Shown piece after piece: positions 38,920 to 49,529 of a stretch of DNA of 64,000 nt. Below the pieces are notes generated by a model. That model was not told where the DNA came from. It saw nothing but the letters and a program-made list of their open reading frames with translations, and searched no databases. Source of the DNA: Marsupella aquatica (lineage: Eukaryota; Plantae; Marchantiophyta); contig OZ316898.1 in the NCBI GenBank assembly GCA_973895155.1, positions 14,042,330-14,106,329 of the forward strand, written 5' to 3'. The first letter of the stretch is position 1; each line of letters opens with the position of its first letter. The translations under genes were made by a program, and so were the position numbers.

Positions 38920-39735
38920 ACGTGAGGATCCCCCAATACCCCACAATACATAGGCGTTACATCGTGAATCCCCACTTCATCGTAGGCAATTTGGACGATG
39001 CGGATGCACATTATCCTGGAATTTGACGATGCGGATGCAATTTGACGCAGCAAGAAGCCTGGAATCAAAAATACCCTACAAATACCCCACGGTATGCAGG
39101 TAAAATGCACAAGTAATCTCCGCTTCGACATAGGAAATCTGGACGATGAAGATGCATATCATCCTGCAAACCTCCAGGGCTGTTAGCAAAGCCACCTGGA
39201 GAGTGGCAATTGGAAGTGGCATACCAAATACCCCAACGATACCCCAGGGTATGCGGGTAATGTGCACACAGAACCCCCACTTTACAACAGGAAATTTGGA
39301 TGGTGGAGATGCATATCATCCTGCACACCTCCAAGGCTGCCAGTGAGGCCACCTGGAGAGCGGCCATTGGACGCTGACAACCCAAATACCCCAGAGATAC
39401 ACTAATGTATGCGGGTAATATGCACATGGAATCCCCACTTAGCCACAACAAAATTGGACGGTGGAGATGCATATCATCCTGCGCACCTCCAGGGCTGCCA
39501 GCGAAGCCACTTGGAGAGCGGCAATTGGACGTTGACAACCCAAATACCCCAGAGATACCCCACGGTATGCGGGTAATATGCACACGGAATCCCCACTTTA
39601 CCACAACAAAATTGGATGGTGGAGATGAATATCATCCTGCACACCTCAGCGAAGCCACTTGGAGAGCGGCAATTGGACGCTGACATCCCAAATACCCCAG
39701 CGATACCCCACGGTATGCGGGTAATATGCACACGG
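38920..39735. repeat. About 158-bp subterminal tandem array (5-6 copies) of the giant CACTA element
   Basis: AAATACCCC..ATACCCCACGGTATGCGGGTAATATGCACA recurs near 39070, 39227, 39384, 39542 and 39690. Confidence 0.9.
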
Positions 39736-40090
39736 ATGTTGCGGAGAGCGCGATCATCCAAGGACCTGGATTATGCCAACTGCCTCCGGCTTATACAAAT
39801 AAACACACAAATGTGGGGAAATGCGGAGGCGCTAAACCCTTCTGTAGTTGGGTAAATTACGGGAAACGCCCCAAATGTCACGCCTGTGGGACACATAGGC
39901 AAATTACCCCAGGGAAATGTCGAACTGCTAGAAGTATCAAATCCCTCATTATGTATGGGAAAGCATGGGTATTTTCAACCAAATTCCCTAAGATGTCCGG
40001 AATCCCCACTTCTTTGTTATGGTACACTGATTCACCAAGTCACATGGGGAAATCCCCAACTTCTCGACCATGCATATCCTCCTTGTGTCA

Positions 40091-40380
40091 GGTACGTTAG
40101 GACCTAGCTATTGTTAGCGGTAGTGTTGTTCTGTATTAAACCAGGGCTGATGCCAGACCCTGGTGGAATTAGGCTCATTATTACGGAGCTAGTTGAGAGA
40201 TAGGGAGAGCTTGTTCTGTGGATGCTTGGTATGGCCGGTCGGCCAAGAGTGCAGTAAAGATCTTGTGTGTTCCTGTGGACGTAGCCTCATGTGGAGGTGA
40301 ACCACGTATCTCTCTGTGTTGACTATTGTGAGTTGGATGGTTCATGGGCTTGCCGTTGCGAATGTCATCTATGCTCAACA
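40091..40380 (+). repeat. Copia 5' LTR, right fragment
   Basis: 40105-40380 aligns with 3' LTR 47194-47470; ends ATGCTCAACA. Confidence 0.95.
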
Positions 40381-40382
40381 AG

Positions 40383-40394
40383 TGGTATCAGAGC
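40383..40394 (+). promoter_or_regulatory. Primer binding site (tRNA-iMet)
   Basis: TGGTATCAGAGC 2 bp after the LTR. Confidence 0.95.
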
Positions 40395-43300
40395 ATGCTT
40401 GGGAGGTGACAAGGTTTTTTCGTGATGGTTTTTTCCAGCATTCATTGTCCGTGGCACATTCAGATTTTTGTCGCATGAAACTCGAATGTGTGTGACTGTG
40501 CGGATAAGTTAGTGTTCAGAGGGCGTTTAACGGTGGTTAGAACTCGTTGATCGGTATCCGTGGTGCGGAGGAATTGAAATTTGCGTCGTTCAGGTTTTAT
40601 TTGTGTTTGACGGCTTTTCAGGAGAGAGACCAAAGTTTGCGTTTTTCAACGGTGTGAGTTGTGCGGTGCGGGAGAGATCGCACATTATAGCTCAAGTTGA
40701 AGGTTGAAGCGAGCTGGTCGTTTTGGTAGCTAGATTGCTGCCAAGTTGTAACCGAGTGAGACATGACGAGTGATGGAGGCGTTCAGGTTTTTTCACAAGC
40801 TATGGAGCTTGTTCTCATCTAAACTGGGTTTCTCTTTGTGACGTCCGACTCGGTGGAAGAAACGTGAAGTGCTACGGCTCAACGGGTTGATCGTGGCGAG
40901 GCGGTCGTTTTGTGCCCGGGATTGGCACTTGACGGGGTGTGAAGGCGTCGCGGCGGAAGCTTTTACAGTGCTGGAGTAGCAGACGGTGCCGGTGAAATTT
41001 GGAAACATTTCCCGTCAGCTGCGTTCACTTTTCTCACGAGAAACAGCGGCTGATTAGGTGAGTAATCGACATTTGTTCTTTAAGGGGCATTTTTGTTTGG
41101 CTTTTAAAGGGGTTTAACACACCCCTTTGTGTGTATACCTGGGTATACACACTTTGCATACCCCGGGCCTCGTATACACGTCGTTCCCCCCTCCCTGCAC
41201 TTCCGCTTTAACAGGCGCAGGGGCGCCTCGCGCAGCGCCGGCTGGCAATATACGCGCGACCGGGCGCGTCCCTATTGCCTCCCGTTGCAACTTCCTCTAG
41301 CCGATCGGCCTTAGGCGCCCGCCTGCCCTGTTGCACTGCGCCTTAGCGCACCCCCTCGCCCTTGCTACTTCCGGCGATTCACCTCGGCCCGATCACTTAA
41401 GGCATACCCCGGCTGCGTACGCAACTATCTTTCTGCCCACCCGAACCTCCTGTATTTCCCCCTCCTTGACCCTCGATGATGCCTGGCCTGCCTCGCGTTG
41501 CCTATACGCGGTCCATGCGCCTTTTTTATACCTGTATTTTTAGGATTTAGGGACTTTGCACCCCCTTTAAGCCCCTTTTTAAAGTCATTTTTTCCTCCCC
41601 TTTGTTCTCCTTGTGCCGGGACCTGCCGCCCTCCGTTTTAACCGCTCCGACAGGGAAAACTTCCCCCTGTGAGACCTTTTGGACTGTGCAGGAATATTCC
41701 CAAAAAATAGAGGATTGTTTTTTGGCCGTCCGACGAAGATTCCGTCCGCCGAACGGTAACTTTTTTGGTTCTTTTTTGGCGAGGACATTGCCATTGGAGT
41801 TAGCAACGCGGCCAATCACATTGAAATTTCGATGACGGGTTGTACTGGGTATTTTGGTTATTCCCTAAGGTGATCAAAATGGGGGAGTTTCTCAAGGTTT
41901 ATCCACCCCGACCAAAATTTGAATAACTTTTCCGTCAAATTTTGATTTTGATTTTGTCTTTCAGTATTGGACTACTAGCTTTGTGGGCTACACGGCGGTG
42001 TTGAGTTTTGAGTTTTATGAGAAGTTTCAAAAAGACGTTTTTTTGTGATTGTTTGATATGAGTGACTCGGAGGATACTGGAAGAATTGGTGTTCCTGGAG
42101 CTTCAAGATTGTGACAATCAGATGGAGAGTCTGAGGAGGAGCTGCTACCATTTGAGGAAGAACTAGTGTCACCGGTACGATCACCGGTGCGGCGTGCAGT
42201 GGAGGAGGCTGTACTACTACCAGAGCTATCAGTAGTTGGGAAGAAGAGAGAGATGGTGAGATTTGGAGGAGTGAAGTTTGAGGTGGAGAAGTACGATGGT
42301 CGTTCTGATTACTTGCTGTGGGAGAAGCAAGTGAAAGGTGTTCTACGGGCCATGGACTTAGCTAATCTGCTCTCTTTGCGAGAGCAGTATGATGGATAGG
42401 AAGAGATCTTAGAGAAGCAATGGAGACAAGAGCAGGTGATTGCTGTCAATGCAGTGATGTTTTATCTCAAGCCGCACATCATCAGGAAGTTGGATGATTA
42501 TGTGGATTACGCGTCACTGTTCAAGGCTCTAAGAGAGAAGTACTACCGAGAAGATGCGTCAGACTGGCTGTACAAGAAGTCTCTCTTGATGAGCCTCTAA
42601 CTCAAGGAAGAGAGCAAGCTGCAGGATCACCTAGATGATTTTGATAGTCTAGCGGTGGATCTGTCAAACCTGGGAAAAGGAGTTGAAGATGAGGATAAGG
42701 CCTTGCTTCTGCTAAGCTCCTTACCGCCGTCATATCAGGGCTTGAAATAGGTACTCTTGTATAGAGATCTGAAGTCCATTTCGTATAATGAGGTGGTGAG
42801 CTCTTTACTGTCTGATGATGCTCAGAAGAAGCTGGGTCAATCATAGACAACATCTTCTTCTAGCACTGCGCGCTGAACGTGAAACGTGGAAGACCAGCAT
42901 AGCGCATGAATGGGAAAAATAGGTTTAGATCTACATCACGGGGGAGATCTAAATCTAGAGGAAAATTGCAAGAGAGGAACCCTCTTGCATGTTGGAATTA
43001 TGACAAGTCTGGCCACATGAAAAGGGATTGTCGAGTAAAGGACCCTACTGCATCTGCTAACGCAACATCAAGCTCACATGTCAAGGTAGATTTACTCAAT
43101 GATGATGACATATTGTGATGCCAAGGTTATGCTCTCAACGTAGTGTCAAATCTAGGTAGTGATGATTGGATTCTAGATAGTGCATGTACTTTTTACATTT
43201 GCTCGAGGAGAGATTTTTCAGTTGTTACACGGTTTCCAACAGGTCAGTGTTGATGGGAAATGGAATCTCATGTCAAGTAGTTGGACTTGGATCTGTTAGA

Positions 43301-43963
43301 TTTCAGATGTTTGATGGTGTTGTAAGAATGTTGAGGAATGTGAGACATATTCCTAGCATGATGAAAAATCTCATTTCACTTGGAGTTTAGAAGCAAATGG
43401 CCATCAGTGGAGTTCTGTTAATGGTGTCCTTCAGGTTTCAACTGGTACTAAAGTTTTATTGAAGAAAAAAATACATAGCAATCCATACGTTTTGGAGGGC
43501 AGTGTAGTTTGTGATGAAGCCAATGTAACCTTATCTCATGAGGAGATGGCCCGACTGTGGCACTTCCGTTTAGGTCACATGAGTGAAAGATTTGGTTATT
43601 CTTCAGAAGAAAGGATTACTTTCTAATTTGCAATCTTGTAAGTTGGAATTCTGTGAGCATTGTGTGCTCGGGAAGCAGCACAGGAAACCCTTCGGAGTTG
43701 GAACTCACACCAACAAGGAGGTACTTGAGTATGTACATAGTGATGTGTGGGGTTCAGCCCCTACTCCCTCACATTCTGGACGGTTATACTATGTCACGTT
43801 CATAGACGATTACTCAAGGTATGTGTGGATATACTTTCTACACAATAAATCTGATGTTTTTGCCACTTTTAAGGAGTGAAAAGCCCAAGTAGAGAATCAG
43901 ACTGGTAATAAGGTGAGATATCTTCGATCGGATAACGGCGGTGAATATAGTTCCAGGGAATTT

Positions 43964-44260
43964 CTCGGGGGTCTCACTATATGGGGACCTCCCCATCGCC
44001 TGCGACGTTTTTAGGCCTCGGACCCCCTAAAATGAAAGAATTTTTTTTAATTTTTTAACCCCTATAAAGTTGGAATATTCTTAGAATATTCTAAAAATTG
44101 GATTAAAAAGACCCTAATATTCTTATAAGTCTCAAAATTGAATTTAAAAGACCCTATTGTTCTTCTACAAAAATTCTTAAGTCTTCCCTTAGAACCAATA
44201 AAATGACCCTATCCTTCGTCGCACGTGATATGCCATTTTTGTGGAAGTGAAACCCCCGAG
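43964..44260 (+). mobile_element. MITE (297 bp), TIR CTCGGGGGT(C/T)TCACT, 8-bp TSD
   Basis: TSD GGGAATTT at 43956-43963 and 44261-44268; inserted in the Copia integrase. Confidence 0.92.
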
Positions 44261-44302
44261 GGGAATTTAGAACGTATTGTAAGGAGCAGGGGATTGCCCG
44301 TC

Positions 44303-44597
44303 CTCGGGGGTTTCACTTCCACAAAAATGGCATATCACGTGCGACGAAAGATAGGGTCATTTTATTGGTTCTAAGGGAAGACTTAAGAATTTTTGTAGAA
44401 GAACAATATGGTCTTTTAAATTCAATTTTGAGACTTATAAGAACATTAGGGTCTTTTTAATCCAATTTTTAGAATATTCCAAGAATATTCTAACTTTATA
44501 GGGGTTAAAAAATAAATTTTTTTTCTTACATCTTAGGGGTCCGAGGCCTAAAACGTCGCAGGCGATGGGGAGGTCCCCATATAGTGAGACCCCCGAG
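44303..44597 (-). mobile_element. Second copy of the same MITE, opposite orientation
   Basis: Same TIRs; degenerate TSD TGCCCGTC/TACCCGCC; removal restores GIARHVT of the integrase. Confidence 0.9.
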
Positions 44598-47164
44598 TAC
44601 CCGCCATGTCACAACAAGTTATACTCCTCAACAAAATGGTGTTTTTGAGAGACTCAACCGAACACTATTGAACCGCTCGAGGAGTATGTTGAGTCAATCA
44701 TGCTTACCACATGAGTTTTGGGGTGAAGCTGTCAATACTGCAGCTTATTTGGTAAATTTTTCTTCATCCAGTTCTATTGGATTTAAGACGCTATTTGAAA
44801 TAAGGTACGGGCGTCCAGCAGATTACTCACATCTGAGGATTTTTGGATGTGATGCTTATGTGCTTACACCTTCCCAGCTTCGATCCAAGCTGGAGTCCAA
44901 GTCAAAGAAGTACATTTTCCTTGGCTATCAGAAAGGTGTGAAGGGTTATAGGTTATAGGTTATGGGATCCAGTAACCTGAAAACTAATTGTCAATAGAGA
45001 TGTGTTCTTTAATGAATCCAGATCATCAAAGGAGGGGGAGAGTTCTCAGGACTCTCATACTGACAAGGGAAAATCTTCCATCCCAGACCGGGTTGAGGGG
45101 GAGGTTAGTCATGATGCTGTTCATGACAGGAGAGATGGAGAAGTTTCGGGCTTGGAGCTGGTTCCTATGATGGAATAGGAGGAGAAAATATATTGTTGGG
45201 GTACCTCAAATTCAATTAGCAGCAACAGAAGATCAGCCTGAGTTATCTACTATAAGAACTTCCAATCATTCTACTAGAGCTCCTACCAAGTATGGTCAAT
45301 GGGCAGACTCATCTAAGCTAGATGATATTGACATTGCACCTGATGAAGATGATATGGCTTTGATCTTGGAAGAAGGAAAGCCTTCTTCGTACAGTGAGGC
45401 TTGTGCTTCAGAGCAGAAGCATGAGTGGAATGCAGCAATGCAGAGGGAGTTGCAATCTTTGAGTGACAACAAGACATGGGAGCTGATGGAGCTTCCAAGA
45501 GGTTAGCAAGTGATGGACAACAAGTGGATTTACAAGTTGAAGGACAGTCCTTCAAGGGCGGAGACAAGATCTACAAGGCAAGGCTTGTTGCCAAGGGATT
45601 CACTTAGGAGAAAGGAGTGGATTACAATGAGTTCTTTTCATCGGTGGCTAAGTATTTCACAATTCAGATCTTGTGTCAGCTTGTTATGTTTTTTGATCTA
45701 GTGATGGATCAGATGGATGTTGTTACTGCTTTTCTCTATGGCAACTTGGAAAAGATGATCTTCATGAGACAACCAGTAGGCTTTATGAAGAAGGGCCAAG
45801 AGAACTTAGTTTGCAGATTGCTCAAGTCCTTCTATGGATTGAAGCAATCTCCCAGACAATGGAACAAGCGATTTGATGATTTCATACTTGCTCAAGGTTT
45901 TACAAGGATGGTATTTGGTCCTTGTGTGTATACAAAATCAGTCAAGAATGATGTATTTGGTTTAATCATTCTGGTTATCTATGTGGATGACATGCTGATT
46001 GTGGCTAAAGATCAATCTGAGGTTGACAAACTCAAGGCAAAATTGAAATCTGAATTCAGGATGAAGGATCTTGGTAAGGCCAAGAGGATCTTAGGGATGA
46101 AGATTTTTAGGAACTCTGAAATTGGACAGTTTGGTTTGAGTCAAGGCCAGTATGCGGGGAAAGTACTTGCACGATTCAACATGGAGAACTGTAAGCCAAT
46201 GAGTATTCCTTTAGTTTCATATTTTAAGTTATCATCGGCTTTCTCTCTTGTGGATCGATGCTGTGGAGAAAGGTCTGATGGCTAAGATTCCTTATGAGAA
46301 GGCAGTAGGCAATCTGATGTATTTGATGACTTGTACTAGGCCTGACTTGGCCCTAGCGATGGGCAAGGTTAGCAGATTCATGTCAAATCCAGGGAATGTA
46401 CATTGGGAAGCTATGAAATGGATTCTCATGTATGTGAAGGAAACACAGGACTATGATTACTATTTGATGCCAGATCAGATAGAACGTTAGTTGACTGTGT
46501 AGATTCTGACTATGGAGGTTGTCTGGACACAAGGAGGTCTACAACTGGGTTTGTATTTACTCTTCAGTGGTGGAGGATGTATCAGTTAGAAATCTACCTT
46601 GCAGAAGTGTATATCTCAGTCTACTACAAAAGCAGAGTATGTTGTAGCAGCAGAAGCAGCAAAGGAAGCAATTTGGTTGGACAAGTTGATAGCGGAGATG
46701 AGTTTAGAGCATGGCAAAATGTCTCTAAACTGTGATAGTCAGAGTACTCTTCACTTGGCTACTAACCAGGTGATGGATAGCAGGGTGGAACACATTGATA
46801 TCAGGTACCATTTTATCAGGCAACCAGTGTCTGATAAAAATTTTGAGCTAGTCAAGATTGATGGAAAACTCAATCCCGCTGATGCCTTTGTACCAAAGTG
46901 ATTCCTTTGGAGAGTTTCTCAAGACACCGTGCTACTTTATAGGTTTTGCAGTCTTAGTGCAATTAAAATTATTTAGCGATGTGTGACTATTTGTATATGG
47001 ATTACTCATTCCTGTTTGGCTATGGCTTAGTTCTAGTTAGCCCTTAGTTAACCCTTGTAGTTTTTAGGGGGAGACTTGGTTTGGTGATTGTCTAGAACTT
47101 CCCGCTGAGGAATCCATATGGTAGCATTTAGTCTAGTCCCCAAGACAAGAGTCAAGGGGGAGTT

Positions 47165-47470
47165 TGTTAGATATTACTCTAGTCTTGTGACTCTAGCTAT
47201 TGTTAGCGGTAGTGTTTTTGTGTATTAAGCCAGGGCTGATGCCAGACCCTGGTGAAACTTAGGCTCATTGTTACGGAGCTAGTTGAAAGATAGGGAGAGC
47301 TTGTGTTGTGGATGTTTGGTATGGCCGGTCGGCCTAGAGTGCAATAAAGCTCCTGTGTGTTCCCGTGGACGTAGCCTCATGTGGAGGTGAACCACGTATC
47401 TCTCTGTGTTGACTATTGTGCGTTGGATGGTTCATGGGTTTGTCATTGCGAATGTCGTCTATGCTCAACA
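47165..47470 (+). repeat. Copia 3' LTR (306 bp), preceded by PPT AAGGGGGAG
   Basis: TG...CA ends; matches the split 5' LTR; followed by TSD CTATA. Confidence 0.95.
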
Positions 47471-47482
47471 CTATAGCCAAAC

Positions 47483-47846
47483 TGTTAGGTTATGCCTCTA
47501 GTATAACCTATATACTTCCATAGTACTAGCTGGACTTCACTATACTAGGATAACACTAGTTTGAGTTCCAGGTTCCCATAGACCATGGGAGGGGGTATAC
47601 CCAAGGGTAATACAAACTTGTGCTCACATTTGAAGGTTCACTCTTTAGAAGACAGAGTGAGGGAGTGAGAGGAGGAGCTCTAGCACGTTGGCTATGGTGG
47701 ATGTAATAGGTGTGTATTACTGGATTTCTCTCACGGCCGTGGACGTAGCCCAGACGGGGTGAACCACGTACTTTCATTGTCGGAGTCTATGGATGTTGTT
47801 CACATGCGTTGACGTTGTCTCGTTCGGTCTAGATCATATCCCAACA
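47483..47846 (+). mobile_element. Solo LTR (364 bp) of a related family
   Basis: TGTTAGG...CCAACA; 5-bp TSD CAAAC on both sides; shares CCGTGGACGTAGCC..GGTGAACCACGTA with the Copia LTR. Confidence 0.85.
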
Positions 47847-49529
47847 CAAACTAGCTAGCTTTTGGAGATTTTTATTAAAATTCTAATTTTTTTAATAAAA
47901 ATAACAATTGAAAAATGTTTAGGAAATATTTTATAATTTTATGAAGAAAAAAATTTAAAAATACCAAACCTATTATATGACTTCAAAATCTGTAAAAGTG
48001 GAAAACTAATATTTTTCCAAGTTTCAGATTTTCCTATAGCCAACTTGTTAGTCCATATAAAAATGTAGACCCCTGCCTACTATACAAGAGTTGCATACCA
48101 AGGTGTTGTATTGTTACAAAATATATTTCTATCATATGGATTTTGCAGCTTTGAAATTAGAGCAATTTATAGAAGTTGGTATTGCTGAATTGCATATTGC
48201 AATGCATATTTTGGGAGTGTTTTCATTTGAGAGATAAATTTGTAAATGGTTGCAATATCTACTATCGGGAAAACTCTGAGGGAATATGGGAATAAGCAAG
48301 CTTGAGGGGAAGTGAAAAGTCTCATTTTCTCCATAAAAGTACATACTAATTGTCCATATTCAAGAATATTCCATAATGACCAAAATGTGACATGGATTGG
48401 CTAGGATTGCTTGGAAAAGATTTAAAGATTAGATCTTGCATGTCAAGTCTTTGAAAGTGTGCACAACATTGTTGAAAGTGCTCATAACCTTGTGAAAGTG
48501 TGTCCAACATACCTTTTGGGGAGTATATATATTTAACCACATTTTAATGACATTTTCAGTCCTTTACTTCAGTCTTTCAAAAGTAGTTGTCCATAGTTCA
48601 GGTTGTCTCCTTTGGTAAACCTCAATCTTGCTACCTATTGATCAATCAATCTCAATCAATTACATATCAGAGATACACTAAAGAGTAAAGAGCTAAACGT
48701 GTAAAGTAGGATAGGTAGTAAGAGAAGACATCCAGACCAGGCACAGAAGGGAACACTTCACAAGGGAACACTTCTGAATCACACCTTTCTCCTCGTTTTC
48801 TTGTTTTTTAGAACTCAATCTGGAAGCCCCATCTTCCCCGCTTTCCTCTTCCACGTTGTACCTGATTAGCTTTCTAGCTTCTTTTCCTCTTGACCTAGGT
48901 ATATGTAGGTAGTTTCAGCTCCTGTGTCATCAATTCTTGTCCTGCTACAGTTCATCTTTGTAGTGGGGCCCTCTCCTGTGCCCACTCCATCTCTTCTTGC
49001 GCTCTCCTCTCTTCTTAGCCTCCATAAATTCCTAGCTTGCAGTGTACCAATCTCTGCCTCCTCAACTTACACCTCACCTTCCCCTCAGGGTCCTTTGTTA
49101 AATCTATCGTTCCGGCCCTTCAATGTGTACGTCAATGAAACAACTCAGACATATTTACCACTGAGAAGTGTACTGATTACCATGGCAACACAGAAAGGTG
49201 TAAGATAAAACAATGCTGACTAAATGAAGTACACACTTGTCTTCTCTTGCCACAGTACCCACTCTTAATACTCACACACAAGCCATTAGCTGTCTCTTGA
49301 GCATTACTGATTTTGCTGGGAAGGGGTAAAGCAAGTATTCAGCTAACCTATTGATCTCCGAATTTCCTACTCATCTCAAGACATCAAGTGCCACATCAGC
49401 CCTCGAATTAGCCTCTAGTAGAACAGAACAGAAGAAATGCAGTGCAGTGCAGAAACTCCTGGCATTCGGGTCAAGCCGAGGTGACTGTACGTCATAAGGC
49501 CATTAGTGGCGAAGTGAGAAAAAAAGAGC

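Larger units (their letters stand above)
4496..40087. mobile_element. Giant CACTA/EnSpm-superfamily DNA transposon with CACAA termini (35,592 bp; about 22 kb without nested elements)
   Basis: Left end CACAAGGAAGATCTGCAAGGT versus right end reverse complement CACAAGGAGGATATGCATGGT; 3-bp TSD TCA at 4493-4495 and 40088-40090; removing it rejoins the Copia LTR; encodes an EnSpm-type transposase. Confidence 0.92.
42252..46957 (+). pseudogene. Copia gag-pol (gag, protease, integrase, RT, RNase H), fragmented
   Basis: EKYDGRSDYLLW, CWNYDKSGHMKRDC, WILDSAC, LWHFRLGHM, VHSDVWG, SDNGGEY, TPQQNG, YVDDMLI, KAEYVV, HIDIRYHF; many stops and frameshifts. Confidence 0.95.
4439..47470 (+). mobile_element. 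Ty1/Copia LTR retrotransposon (degenerate), interrupted in its 5' LTR by a 35.6-kb DNA transposon
   Basis: TG...CA ends; 5-bp TSD CTATA at 4434-4438 and 47471-47475; the LTR start TGTTAGATATT(G/A)CTCTAGTCTTGTGACTC occurs at both 4439 and 47165; PBS, PPT and gag-pol are present. Confidence 0.95.

Noticed and set aside
4468-40104. Helitron/Helentron interpretation (no TSD, asymmetric subterminal IRs, RPA cargo)
   Set aside because: Placing the ends at CACAAGG/CCTTGTG gives an exact 3-bp TSD (TCA) and an EnSpm transposase is present; no HUH Rep or PIF1 helicase was seen
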